A stretch of 64,000 nt of DNA from an uncultured beta proteobacterium (GCA_963778275.1 CAVZTS010000013.1:46713-110712), one strand, 5' to 3'; counted from the stretch's first letter, positions 46,924 through 57,667 are shown. The notes: a model not told the origin generated them from the letters alone. Program-made: numbers and translations.

Positions 46924-47823
46924 CAGAAGTAGCCCTCCACCTTCTTGCGCTCCATGGAGTCCGCGGCGTCGTAGTCGATCACCCGGCCGTGGCGCTCGGA
47001 GGTCTTCGTCGTGAGCATCTCCTTGATGATCGCCGGCAGGGTTTCGGCGTCGGACTCGATGGCGCCGGTCAGCGGATAGCAGCCCAGGGTGCGGAAGCGC
47101 ACCTTGCGCCGCCGTGGAATCTCGCCCTCGCGCAGCGGCATGCGCTCGTCGTCGACGACGATCAGCGCCCCGTCCCGCTCGACCACCGGTCGCTCGTGCG
47201 CGAAGTAGAGCGGGACGATGGGTATGTCCTGCAGATAGATGTACTGCCACACGTCGAGCTCGGTCCAGTTGGAAAGCGGAAATACGCGCAGGCTTTCGCC
47301 CTTGTGCTTGCGGGTGTTGTAGAGCTTCCACAGCTCGGGGCGCTGCGTTTTCGGGTCCCACCGATGCTGCGCGCTGCGCAGCGAGAAAATGCGCTCCTTG
47401 GCACGCGACTTCTCTTCGTCGCGGCGGGCCCCGCCGAAGGCCGCGTCGAAGCCGTACTGGTCGAGCGCCTGGCGCAGCGCCTGCGTCTTCATCACATCGG
47501 TGTAGACTGCCGAGCCGTGCGTGAACGGGTTGACGCCCATTGCCAGGCCCTCCCGATTGACGTGCACGATGAGCTTCATGCCGAGTTCATGCGCGCGGCG
47601 CGGCGCGGAACGCGTACATGTCGCGGAATTTCCAGGTCGTGTCGACGTGGAGCAGCGGGAACGGGGGCTTGCCCGGAAAGAATGCCTTGAGCGCGAGGTG
47701 CAGCAGCACCGCGCTATCCTTGCCGATCGAGTAGAGCAGCACCGGGTTGTCGGTCTCGGCGACGACCTCCCGCATGATGTGAATGCTTTCCGCCTCGAGT
47801 CGCTGCAGATGGGTGAGTGGCAT
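46923..47823 (-). pseudogene. cysD: Sulfate adenylyltransferase subunit 2, frame-disrupted once
   Basis: [23 protein letters not shown]...[44 protein letters not shown] is in ORF 47587..47823. It continues as [13 protein letters not shown]...[19 protein letters not shown]...[12 protein letters not shown] in ORF 46923..47888. The shift lies inside a CG-rich repeat run, about 47591-47612. Confidence 0.85.
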
Positions 47824-47922
47824 CCCGGTGGTGTCGTCCGCTGGCTTGGCGCCCGGGCGCCGGCGCGGGATCGTCCCGCGCCGATCAACGAGCTCGACGT
47901 CTTATATCATTTAAGGCCGAGT

Positions 47923-48688
47923 ATGCTACCTGAAGTGGAATTGCTCGACAGGGTCGTCGCGATCGTCCGCGCCGCCGGTGCGCTGGTCATGGCGGTCTAT
48001 GCCACCGAGTTCAAGGTCGCAAGCAAGCCCGACGCCTCGCCCGTCACCGACGCCGACCACCGCGCCGGGGCGCTGCTCGAGGCAGAGCTCGCGCGCATCG
48101 CGCCGGCAGTGCCGGTCGTCTGCGAGGATGCTGCCGGCACGGGCCGCGTGCCGAGCGTCGAGGAGCGATTCTGGCTCGTCGATCCACTCGACGGCACGCG
48201 CGAGTTCGTCGCGCGCAACGGCGAATTCACGGTCAATGTCGCGCTCGTCGCGCGCGGCGAACCGCTGCTCGGGGTCGTTCTGGCACCGGCTGCGGGTCGA
48301 CTGTTTGCCGGCGTGGCTGGCGTGGGCGCTTTCGAAGAGAGCGCCGAGCGGCGCAACCGGCTCGCTTGCCGCCGCGTCCCTGATGCCGGGCTGACGGTGG
48401 TGTCGAGCCGCGCCCACGGCGACCGGGAAGCGCTCGCCGCCTATCTGGCCGGCCGCGCACTCGCCGCGGAGCTCACGCGTCGGCTCGTCGCTCAAGTTCT
48501 GCATGATCGCCGCCGGCGCCGCGGACCTGTATCCGCGTTTCGGCCGGACGATGGAGTGGGATACCGCCGCGGGCCACGCGGTTCTGCGCGCCGCGGGTGG
48601 ACGCGTGCGCTGCCTCGACGGCAGCGAGCTCGGCTACGGCAAGCCCGGCTTTGTCAATCCGCCGTTCGTCGCCAGCGGGGCGGGCTGA
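47923..48688 (+). pseudogene. cysQ: 3'(2'),5'-bisphosphate nucleotidase CysQ, frame-disrupted once
   Basis: From ATG 47923: KPDASPVTDADHRAG...FWLVDPLDGTREFV...FTVNVAL (part of track ORF 47521..49815). It continues as GSSLKFCMIAAGAADLYPRFGRTMEWDTAAGHAVL (ORF 48503..48688). The shift is near 48478. Confidence 0.8.
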
Positions 48689-48717
48689 CGCTGGGGCGCG
48701 GGCGGCCCCGCGCCAGC

Positions 48718-49686
48718 CTATTCAGCCGGCGCGGAAACTTCGTGATTGACGATGAAGTAATCCGGCGGCGGCGGGCCCCAGACGTAGAACGAATCCTCCA
48801 GCGGATGATCGGCAGCCCGCCACTCGACGTCGGCGGGGACGAAGTCGATATCGTGCGAGTACTCGGCGAAGCTGCCCCAGGGGTCCTGAACGTAGCAGAA
48901 GTAATTCGAGCCGATGACGTGCCGGCCGATGCCCCAGCCGCGGACGTAGCCGCAGTCGGCCATGTGCTGCATGCCCAGTCCGATCTCCTCGATGCTATCG
49001 ACCACCCAGCTCGAGTGATGCAGGCCGGGTCCGGGCGACTTCGCGAAGGCGAGCAGGTGGTGATCGCTGGCATGGGCACCGTGCATGAAGGCGATCACGT
49101 CCCCGGAATGATCCGACAGGCGCAGCCCCAGCGCCTGGTCATAGAAGCGCACCGAGCGCGGCACGTCGGAGGCGAACAGCAGCACATGCGAGAGTCGGCG
49201 GGGGCGGACCCGCGCCGCGCTGCTGCGGCCCGGCGCGGCACCGCGACCCGGCGGATGCACCGCCGGGCCTGCCGGCGCGGTCGGATTCTCGGGCGTGACC
49301 TTGGGGGCGACGACGACCTGCAGCACATTGCCGTCCGGATCGGCGAACCACGCGCCTGCATCCTCGCCAAACCGATGCGGCGGCGTGCGCGCAATACCCA
49401 GGTGCTCGAGGCGCTGCAGCAACGGTGCGAAATCATCGGCGTAGACGCCGAAGCTCAGGTACTGGAGGCGCTTCGGACCCGGCGCCGAATAGATCGACGC
49501 CCAACGGTGCGGATGACCGTGCGCGTACAAGTCCACGCGCTCGCCATTGCGGTGCACGCCGAGCCCGAATTCGGTGTAGAAGCGTTCTGCCGCGTCCAGA
49601 TCGGGGACGCTGAAGGCGAAACGGTTGATCGAATGGACCGCGGTCACGCCGTGGCGACGGGGCGTCCCAAGCGGCGAGGCAGTCAT
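48718..49686 (-). CDS. Two-domain VOC-family (extradiol dioxygenase / glyoxalase-like) protein
   Basis: 322 aa with duplicated VOC modules (INRFAFSVPDLDAAERFY...; LSHVLLFASDVPRSVRFYDQALGLRLSD...HHLLAF). The tail ...GSNYFCYVQDPWGSFAEY is typical of extradiol-type enzymes. Confidence 0.7.
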   Translation of the reverse strand: MTASPLGTPRRHGVTAVHSINRFAFSVPDLDAAERFYTEFGLGVHRNGERVDLYAHGHPHRWASIYSAPGPKRLQYLSFGVYADDFAPLLQRLEHLGIARTPPHRFGEDAGAWFADPDGNVLQVVVAPKVTPENPTAPAGPAVHPPGRGAAPGRSSAARVRPRRLSHVLLFASDVPRSVRFYDQALGLRLSDHSGDVIAFMHGAHASDHHLLAFAKSPGPGLHHSSWVVDSIEEIGLGMQHMADCGYVRGWGIGRHVIGSNYFCYVQDPWGSFAEYSHDIDFVPADVEWRAADHPLEDSFYVWGPPPPDYFIVNHEVSAPAE

Positions 49687-49802
49687 CGTTGTCGTGGGCT
49701 CCGGACGTTCGCAGCGCGTTGCGCCTCCCCGCGCTCGCGGGGGTCTACGGGCGCGCTGCCGCCGGCAAGTATACTGTGCTCCGCGCCGGACGTGGACACG
49801 CC

Positions 49803-50480
49803 ATGCACCCCCTGACTCGCTCGATCTGTGCCCTCGCCGGTCTGTCGGCCGCGCTGTTTGCGCCGCTCGCGTCAGCCCAGGCCGATCAGCGCTCGCTCGT
49901 CACGGCCGCGACGGTGACCTTTGCCAATTTCCGGAGCGACCCCGGAATGACCTGGCTGCAGCGCAATATCGGCCGCGCCAAGGCAGTTCTGATCGCACCG
50001 ACGATTACCAAGGCCGGCATCATACTCGGCGGCTCCGGGGGACGCGCGGTCGTCGTCGCGCGCGACCCGAAAACCGGCAAGTGGCAGGGTCCCGCCTTCT
50101 ATACGCTCGCGACGGCCAGCGTCGGCTTCCAGGCTGGCGTTGCCGTTTCCGAGATGGTCACCCTGGTCATGACCGACAAGGGGCTGAACTCGCTACTGTC
50201 GGACACCTTCAAGATGGGTGGCGACGCGGCGGTCGCCGCGGGGCCGGTGGGCGCGGGCGCACAGTCTGACCTGGTGGCCGATCTGGTCTCCTTCAGCCGC
50301 GCCACCGGCGTTTACGGCGGGGTCAATTTCGACGGCACCGTCGTGTCGACGTCGGATCAGTGGAACCAGATCTATTATGGCAAGCCGGTCCATGCGGTCG
50401 ACATCCTGGTTCGCGGCAGCGTCCACAACAAGCAGGCGTCCGAACTGCTGAACCTGCTGACCGCCGCCACCCGCCGGTGA
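49803..50480 (+). CDS. SYLF (DUF500) lipid-binding domain protein, secreted
   Basis: ATG 49803 lies within track ORF 49689..50480. Signal peptide, then KAGIILGGSGGRAVVVARDPKTGKWQGPAFYTLATASVGFQAGV...KMGGDAAVAAGPVGAG. Confidence 0.75.
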   Translation: MHPLTRSICALAGLSAALFAPLASAQADQRSLVTAATVTFANFRSDPGMTWLQRNIGRAKAVLIAPTITKAGIILGGSGGRAVVVARDPKTGKWQGPAFYTLATASVGFQAGVAVSEMVTLVMTDKGLNSLLSDTFKMGGDAAVAAGPVGAGAQSDLVADLVSFSRATGVYGGVNFDGTVVSTSDQWNQIYYGKPVHAVDILVRGSVHNKQASELLNLLTAATRR

Positions 50481-50872
50481 GGCGTGCGCGCCGCTGGGGG
50501 TTGGCCCTGTTCAGATAGAACGCTCACGAAGTCGCGATAGACCCGAAAGGCATAACCTGGGACGGGTATTGGCCGTTTCAGCTCTGATGCTTTGCGCCCC
50601 AGCGTGCTTGACGGGCGGCGCGTGAGCCCCGTAGAATTGCTAATTGTGCGTCGCAGCATTACCGGGCTCCATAGCCCGGCATGCTTGGCACATCGGGATC
50701 CTGATCCCGAGAAATCTGTTCCTCCGGTGGGCCCGTCCGGGTCCGGATGCCGGAATCCAAGGAGGCTGTTACCGCAACCTGGGTAACCCCGGCTCGCCGG
50801 CGCTTGCGCCAGCGAGCGATCGACCGTGCCCCTGGCGGCCGGCGAGCGGGATTAAAGCGTAGGGAGGTTCCA

Positions 50873-51548
50873 GTGCTGACAGGATTGCCCTTGATGGGAA
50901 GGAAGACGAGTCGCGCGCGCTGGCGGCACGCGCGGGCGGTGTTACCCGCGCTCTGTCGCCGTGGGCTTGGCGGGCATGATTTCCGCCTCGGCGGTGCGCA
51001 ACGAGACCTTGCCGACAACCGTCGTCGCAGCGCCGCCGTTGCCGGCAGCCCCGGCTGCGGGCCCTGCTCCGCGATCCGAGAGCGGTGCCGAATCCGACAT
51101 CGAAGCGGTCGCCGGGGTGCTCGCCCGGCGCTATCGGGTCTCGCAGGACGCGACCCGGGAGCTCGTCGGCGCCGCCTATGGCGAGGGCCGGCGCATCGGC
51201 CTCGACCCGCTGCTGATCATCGCGGTCATCGCGGTCGAGTCGCACTTCAATCCGATCGCGCAAAGCGACGGCGGCGCGCTCGGGTTGATGCAGGTTATCC
51301 CCCGCTACCATGCCGACCAGTTCGACGCCGGTCTTGGCGTATCGGTCCTCGATCCGCGCACCAACATCCGGCTCGGCGCGCGAGTGCTCAAGGATTACAT
51401 CCGGCGTGCCGGCACCGAAGTGGCCGGGCTGCAGCTCTACAACGGCGCCTCGGCCGACCCCGGCACGCTCTACGCCAACAAGGTCTTGGGCGAGCGGCAG
51501 CGGCTGCAGGAAGCGCTGCGCCGGACGCGGGAGCGCAACCGGGCCTAG
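50873..51548 (+). CDS. Lytic transglycosylase (SLT domain) protein; N-terminal region possibly frame-disrupted
   Basis: SLT core: AVIAVESHFNPIAQSDGGALGLMQV...YNGA (ORF 50961..51548). GGGAGG plus GTG 50873 opens VLTGLPLMGRKTSRARWRHARAVLPAL in another frame. That joins a membrane anchor (SVAVGLAGMISASAV) if a 1-nt shift near 50950 is assumed. Confidence 0.65.
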
Positions 51549-52201
51549 CCGAAGGCCGCGCCGCGCGCGGGCGACTTGTCCAGATCGTAGAGGGCGCCGA
51601 CGAGGGCGCAGGTCGACGTCACCAGCAGCGGCGGCCCGAACAGCCAGAACAGCAGCGGCGCGGCGAAGTAATAGCAGCGCATCCCGCGCGTGTGATAGCG
51701 GCCGGCCTTGATCAGCAGCGAGGCGACGTACGCGGGGCGCACGGTCGTGGTCGGGACCGATATCATCACCCCGACGTGCGTCATCAGGCGGATGGACTGC
51801 GAAAAAAACACGAACGCAACCAGCATGTCGATGAGCAGGACCAGCAGCTTGGGCAGCCACAGCTGCGGGTCGATGCTGCCGATCGGGCTCAGGCTGTGCC
51901 ACGCCAGCGTGACCTTGTCCGATTGCATGCTGAGCGTGATCGTGCCCACGATAAGCGCGACCGCCGTCGAGGCGAAGAAGGTCGCCCCCATGATGGCATT
52001 GCGCAGCGTCTGCACGGCGAGGATGCCGGCGTTCTCGGCCATCATGCGCTCGACCCAGGCCGTGCGGCCCTGATTGAGCACAGCCTGGATCGTGTACCCC
52101 GGATCGCGCCGCACCCGCAGGCGCAGAAACGCGTGGTAGCCGATGACGATCGCGACGCTGAGTGCGGCGGCGAGCAGATCGCTGAGGTAAGGGCTATCCA
52201 T
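51545..52201 (-). CDS. DUF599 family membrane protein
   Basis: 218-aa multi-TM protein with ...NQGRTAWVERMMAENAGILAVQTLRNAIMGATFFASTAV..., as I remember DUF599. Confidence 0.6.
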   Translation of the reverse strand: MDSPYLSDLLAAALSVAIVIGYHAFLRLRVRRDPGYTIQAVLNQGRTAWVERMMAENAGILAVQTLRNAIMGATFFASTAVALIVGTITLSMQSDKVTLAWHSLSPIGSIDPQLWLPKLLVLLIDMLVAFVFFSQSIRLMTHVGVMISVPTTTVRPAYVASLLIKAGRYHTRGMRCYYFAAPLLFWLFGPPLLVTSTCALVGALYDLDKSPARGAAFG

Positions 52202-52348
52202 CGGCGGTGACGAAGCTCATGGTTCAGGCATGATACATTTCTTCAACACATTCGATCACGCAATGACTCTTCGTGAGCCGATAGGGGTATCGAGAATCTT
52301 CCGTGAGGCGGAAAGCCTTGCTGCCGGTTGCCACGGCAACGCCTGGCG

Positions 52349-52380
52349 AAAAAAGGAAAGGGCGCCGCGGGGCGCCCTTT
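52349..52380 (-). terminator. Rho-independent terminator of the peroxiredoxin gene
   Basis: On the minus strand: AAAGGGCGCC-loop-GGCGCCCTTT (perfect 10-bp stem) followed by CCTTTTTT, about 20 nt after the stop at 52400. Confidence 0.75.
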
Positions 52381-52399
52381 CGCTGCCGGCCGGCACCGA

Positions 52400-53053
52400 C
52401 TATTTCGGCTGCGCCACCGTCCGCAGATAGGGCTTATGGGTTTTGAAGCCCTGCGGATACTTCTTCTTCGCGTCCTCGTCGGAGACCGAGGTGGGAATGA
52501 TCACGTCCTCGCCCGGCTTCCAATTCACCGGCGTGGCAACGGTATGCTTCGCGTTCAGCTGCACCGAATCGAGCAGGCGCAGCACCTCGTCGAAATTGCG
52601 GCCGGTGCTCATCGGATAGACGAGCATCGCCTTGACCTTCTTGTCCGGGCCGATGACAAACACCGAGCGGACGGTGGCGTTGTCCGCGGCGGTGCGTTTG
52701 CCGCCACTCGCGTTCGGGTGGATCATGTCGTAGGCCTTGGCAACCGCGAGGTCCGAATCGCCGATCAGCGGATAGTTGACCGCGTGGCCTTGCGTTTCCT
52801 GGATGTCTTTGACCCAGGCCGCGTGGTCGCTGACCGGATCCACGCTAAGCCCGATGATCCGGGTGTTGCGCTTGTCGAATTCCGGCTTGAGGCTGGCCAT
52901 GTACCCAAGCTCGGTGGTGCAAACCGGCGTGAAATCCTTCGGATGCGAAAACAGGATCGCCCACTTGTCGCCGATCCAGTCGTGGAAACGGATTTTTCCC
53001 TGGGTCGTTTCGGCGGTGAAATCCGGTGCTTCGTCACCAATGCGTATCGCCAT
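52400..53053 (-). CDS. 1-Cys peroxiredoxin (Prx6-like)
   Basis: ATG 53053: MAIRIGDEAPDFTAETTQGKIRFHDWIGDKWAILFSHPKDFTPVCTTELG. Confidence 0.9.
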   Translation of the reverse strand: MAIRIGDEAPDFTAETTQGKIRFHDWIGDKWAILFSHPKDFTPVCTTELGYMASLKPEFDKRNTRIIGLSVDPVSDHAAWVKDIQETQGHAVNYPLIGDSDLAVAKAYDMIHPNASGGKRTAADNATVRSVFVIGPDKKVKAMLVYPMSTGRNFDEVLRLLDSVQLNAKHTVATPVNWKPGEDVIIPTSVSDEDAKKKYPQGFKTHKPYLRTVAQPK

Positions 53054-53289
53054 GGTCGATCTCCATTGCATTAGGGGGTACGGTTGCTCCGCCCATCGCG
53101 CACTGCGTGCGCGGACGGACCCGATTCCGGATCGGGACCCCTTGGTTGAACATTCGGGGACGACAATTATAGCTCCGTCCGCGGGACTTGTTCAGCAGCG
53201 ATCGTTGTCGCGTCGGTCCGATCGGTTATAACCACCGTGCGCGGCAATCTAAGCAACCGAACCGCCCTCACGCTCTTGCGCGCCTCGCC

Positions 53290-53964
53290 ATGCTCGCCGT
53301 GCGCGGCCTGACCAAGGCGTATGCCGGGCCGCGGGCGCGCACCGTGTTCACCGCCGTCGACCTCGATCTTTATGCGGGGGACTATGTCGCGGTCATGGGC
53401 GAGTCGGGCATCGGCAAATCGACACTGCTCAATCTCATCGCCGGCCTCGACAGCGCGGACGGCGGCTCGATCTCGCTCGACGGCATCGAACTCACGACGC
53501 TCGATGACGACGCGCTCACCGCGCTGCGCCGCCGCTCTCTGGGCTTTGTCTTCCAGGCATTCCACGTCCTGCCCTACCTCAGCGTGGCACAAAATGTCGG
53601 CTTGCCGCTGTCGCTTCTCGGCAGCGGGGCTCAAGAATCGGCCCGCCGCGTGGCGGCGATGCTCGCCGACGTCGGGCTCGGCGACGCCGGCGCGAGCATG
53701 CCGCACGAGCTCTCCGGCGGCGAGCTGCAGCGCGTCGCCATTGCCCGTGCCCTTATCCACGGTCCGCGCCTGGTGCTCGCAGACGAACCCACCGGCAACC
53801 TCGACCCGGACAGCGCCGGCCAGGTGCTGCGGCTGCTGCGCGAGCGGATCAAGTCCAACGGAGCGGCAGGCATTCTCGTTACGCACTCGCCGGTGGCAGC
53901 GCAAACCGCCGACCGCATCCTGTTGCTGACCCCGTCCGGCTTGCGCGACCCCGTGGCGCGCTGA
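53290..53964 (+). CDS. ABC transporter ATP-binding protein (MacB/LolD-like)
   Basis: ATG 53290. Walker A GESGIGKST, signature LSGGELQR, Walker B LVLADEPTGNLD. Confidence 0.85.
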   Translation: MLAVRGLTKAYAGPRARTVFTAVDLDLYAGDYVAVMGESGIGKSTLLNLIAGLDSADGGSISLDGIELTTLDDDALTALRRRSLGFVFQAFHVLPYLSVAQNVGLPLSLLGSGAQESARRVAAMLADVGLGDAGASMPHELSGGELQRVAIARALIHGPRLVLADEPTGNLDPDSAGQVLRLLRERIKSNGAAGILVTHSPVAAQTADRILLLTPSGLRDPVAR

Positions 53965-53965
53965 G

Positions 53966-56497
53966 GTGGCGCTGCTCGCCATGCCCGAGGGCGCCCTGTC
54001 TGTCGCACGGACGATCTTCGCCGGCACGCTGTCGCAGAACCGGGCGCGCAGCTTCGTCTCGGTGCTCGCCATCGCGCTCGGCGTCGCGCTCGGCTACGCG
54101 GTGCAGCTCATCACGCAATCGGCAGTCAACGAATTCGCCCTCGGCGCGCAGGCGCTCTCGGGCGACGCCGATCTGCAGGTGCGCGGGCCGCGCGGCGGAT
54201 TTGCCGAGTCGTTGTATCCGGAGCTCGCGCGCCTGCCCGAAGTCGCGGTTGCAAGCCCGGTGGTCGAGGTCGACGCGAAGCTCGCCGATGCGTGACGACG
54301 TCTTGAAGGTCATCGGCATCGACCCGTTCCGCGCCGCCTTGCTCTCGCCCGGGTTGCTCGCCGACGCGGGGGACCGACTCGATCGCTTGCGCCCGGACAT
54401 GCTGTTTCTGAGTCCCGCGGCGGCCGCATGGCTCGGCGTCGGTGCGGGCGGCAGCGTGCACTTCCAGGTCGCCCTGCGCGAGGTCGCGCTGCAGGTCGGC
54501 GGACTCGCCCCCGCGAACGCGAACCAGCGCTTCGCGCTGCTCGACATCGCCGGGGCGCAGACCCATTTCGACCGGCTTGGATTGCTTTCCCGGCTCGACC
54601 TGCGGCTGAAGCCCGGCGTCGCCAGCGCCGCTTTTCGCGACCGGCTGCAGGCGCGCCTGCCCGCAGGGCTCGCCGTGGCCCGGCCGCAGGATGGCCTCGC
54701 CACCGCGGCCAACGTGTCGCGTTCGTATCGCGTCAACATGAACGTGCTGGCTCTGGTCGCGCTGTTCACCGGCGGCCTGCTGGTGTTTTCGACGCAGGTC
54801 CTCTCCGTGGTGCGACGGCGCCCGCATTTCGCGCTGCTGCGCGTGCTCGGCCTCACCCGGCGCAGGCTCGTCGGCCTGCTCGTCGCGGAGGGCGCGCTGC
54901 TCGGCGTCGTGGGCAGCCTGCTCGGGCTTGCGGCCGGATTCGTCATCGCGAATCTGGCCGTCCGCATCATCGGCCCGGACCTCGGCTCCGGCTACTTTCG
55001 CGGCGTCGCTCCGACGTTGACGCTTGACCCCGCGGCGCTGGCGCTATGCTTCACGCTTGGCGTGGCCGTTGCGATCCTGGGTAGCTTGATCCCGGCGCTC
55101 GAGGCGGCCCGTACCGCGCCGGCGCCGGCGCTGCGCGCGGGCGATGAAGAACGCGCATTCACGCGCCTGCGCCCGATCGGGCCGGGAGCCGCGCTGCTTT
55201 GCGCCGCCGCGCTCGCCACGTTGCTCCCGCCCGTGGCGGGCCTGCCACTGTTCGGCTACCTGGCGATTGCGCTGCTGCTTCTGGGCACGTTGCTGCTGCT
55301 GCCGCGGCTCTCCGTGATCCTGCTGGCCATGCTGCCGGTCCCGAACCGCGTCGCGCCGCAGCTTGCGCGCGCGCAGCTGCGCGGCGCGCCCGGGCAGGTC
55401 GCGGTCAGTCTCGCCGCGATCGTTGCGAGCCTCAGCCTGATGGTCGCGATGGCCATCATGGTGGCGTCTTTCCGCGACGCGCTCGATGCGTGGCTGTTCG
55501 GGATCCTGCCGGCAGACGTCTACGTCCGCGCCAACGCCTCCGGCGATAGCGCCTATATGACCGCGGAGGACCAGGCAGCGCATCGCGGCGCTGCCCGGCA
55601 TTCTGCGTGCGGAATTCGTGCGCGAGCAGCAGCTCATACTCGATCCGGCGCGCTCGCGCGTGGTTCTGCTGGCGCGCCCGATCGACGCCGCCCAACCCGC
55701 GCGGCGGTTACCGCTGCTGGGCCCGACGGTGCCCCCGCGTGGCGGGCGCGGCGCCACCGATGTGGGTGAACGAAACGATGGTCGACGTGTATGGATTCGC
55801 ACCTGGCAAAGTGGTCGTGATCCCGCTCGGGGAGAAGGCGGTCGCGTTCACGGTTGCCGGCGTATGGCGCGACTATGCACGGCCGCAGGGCGCGATGGTC
55901 ATCGAGCGCGAGCGCTATCTCGCGCTGACCGGCGATCGCACGGCGACGACCGCCGCGATCTGGCTCGCGCCGGGCGCGACTGTCGATGAGCTGCGCCAGG
56001 CGATCGCCCGCGAGATACCCGGCGGTGCCAGACTCGATATCGTGTCGCCCGCCGAGATCCGCGAGGTGTCGCTGCACCTGTTCGACCGCACTTTCGCGGT
56101 GACCTATGCGCTTGAGCTCGCGGCGGTCGTGATCGGCCTCTCCGGGCTCTCGTCCTCGTTCGGAGCGCTGGTGCTCGCGCGCCGCCGCGAGTTTGGCGTG
56201 CTTCGCCACATTGGGATGACGCGGCGCCAGATCGGGGCGATGCTCGCCACCGAGGGGTTGCTGTTGAGCGGCATCGGCCTGGCTACCGGCCTTGGCCTGG
56301 GCTATCTCATCAGCCTGATCCTCATTCGCGTGGTCAATCGGCAATCCTTTCACTGGGGCATGGACCTGTCACTCCCCTGGACCGTTCTCGCCGCCGCCGC
56401 GTTGGCGGTGCTGGTGCTCGCGACCGGAACCGCGCTCTCAAGTGGCCGCAAGGCGATGGGCGTCGGCGTGGTGCAGGCGGTCAAGGACGATTGGTGA
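53966..56497 (+). pseudogene. Large FtsX-family ABC transporter permease (two FtsX modules), frame-disrupted
   Basis: One protein is split over ORFs 53966..54295, 54201..55769, 55618..55989 and 55607..56497. It runs ...VVEVDAKLAD, then RDDVLKVIGIDPF...ALLRVLGLTRRRL...AEDQAA, then IAALPGILRAEFVREQQLILDP...LLGPTVP, then VAGAAPPMWVNETMVDVYG...LRHIGMTRRQI.... Shifts are near 54290, 55582 and 55735 (C5 run at 55732-55736). Confidence 0.8.
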
Positions 56498-57561
56498 ACC
56501 GGCGCGCGTTTCTGGCCAGCACGGGCCTGCTCGTCGTGCCAGGCCGTGCGGCGGCGGATGACTACCCTGCCGTCGATCCCGGTCTGCCGCTGCGCTTTCC
56601 GCGCGACTTCGGCAGCCATCCGGAGTTTCGCCTTGAATGGTGGTACATCACCAGCTGGGTTACCGACTCGAGCGGCATTGCGTACGGAATCCAGATCACG
56701 TTCTTCCGCAACCGCCCGCGCGTGGCCGAGGCCAACGCCAGCCGATTCGCGCCGCGCCAACTGCTGTTCGCGCATGCCGCGGTCGCGGATCCGCGCCTCG
56801 GCCGGTTGCGGCATGATCAGCGCGCCGCCCGCGCGGGCTTTGGCCTCGCTGGAGCCGCCGAAGCTTCGACCGAGGTGTGGATCGACGACTGGTCGCTCAA
56901 GCGCGTCGACCAGGCCTATCGCGCCCGGATCGCGGCCCGGGATTTCGCCTTCGATCTCTCTTTCTCGCCGACGCAGGCGCCATGGCTCCAGGGTGACGCC
57001 GGCATCTCGCGCAAGGGGCCGAGCCCGCGCCAGTCCAGCGCCTACTACAGCGAACCGCAGCTCGCGGTTGCCGGACGCATGGCATGCGGCGGCACGGAGG
57101 GCCCCGTCACGGGCACGGGCTGGCTCGATCACGAATGGTCGAGCGAGGTCATGGCGCCGCAAGCAACCGGCTGGGATTGGGCCGGCATCAATCTTGACGA
57201 TGGCGGGGCCATCATGGTGTTTCGCATGCGTGACCAGGCCGGCGGCGCGCTTTGGGCCGGTGGAGCGCTGCGCGGGCCGGACGGGGGCGCGAAGGGATTC
57301 GCGCCGCAGGAGGTCCGCTTCGCGCCCGGGCGGCGATGGCGATCACCGCGAACGGGTGTCGAGTACCCGGTGGCGATGGCCATCGAGGCTGCGACGGCGA
57401 GCTATACGCTGGAACCGTTGCTGGACGACCAGGAGCTCGACGCGCGCGCGAGCACCGGCGCGATCTACTGGGAAGGCGCGGTGCGCGCGGCCCAATCGGG
57501 GCGCGAGGTCGGGCGCGGGTATCTCGAGCTCACCGGATACGGGACGCCGCTGCGGCTGTGA
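56494..57561 (+). CDS. AttH / carotenoid 1,2-hydratase-like lipocalin-domain protein (Tat-type signal)
   Basis: VNRRAFLASTGLL..., then LRFPRDFGSHPEFRLEWWYITSWV...GIQITFFR...GTGWLDHEWSS. The GTG overlaps the permease stop (GTGA). Confidence 0.8.
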   Translation: MNRRAFLASTGLLVVPGRAAADDYPAVDPGLPLRFPRDFGSHPEFRLEWWYITSWVTDSSGIAYGIQITFFRNRPRVAEANASRFAPRQLLFAHAAVADPRLGRLRHDQRAARAGFGLAGAAEASTEVWIDDWSLKRVDQAYRARIAARDFAFDLSFSPTQAPWLQGDAGISRKGPSPRQSSAYYSEPQLAVAGRMACGGTEGPVTGTGWLDHEWSSEVMAPQATGWDWAGINLDDGGAIMVFRMRDQAGGALWAGGALRGPDGGAKGFAPQEVRFAPGRRWRSPRTGVEYPVAMAIEAATASYTLEPLLDDQELDARASTGAIYWEGAVRAAQSGREVGRGYLELTGYGTPLRL

Positions 57562-57667
57562 GTCAGCGGCGCCGCCCGGAGATCTCGGCCTGACGCGTGC
57601 GACGGGCATTGCCCATGCGCGCCCCTGCCGCGCAGAATCGGTTCGGACCGGTGGCGTCCGCCCTTCC

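Noticed and set aside
47521-49815. 764-aa plus-strand ORF
   Set aside because: Only about 47923-48478 corresponds to real coding sequence (the cysQ N-terminal part). The beginning is antisense to cysD and the remainder runs antisense through the VOC-family gene.
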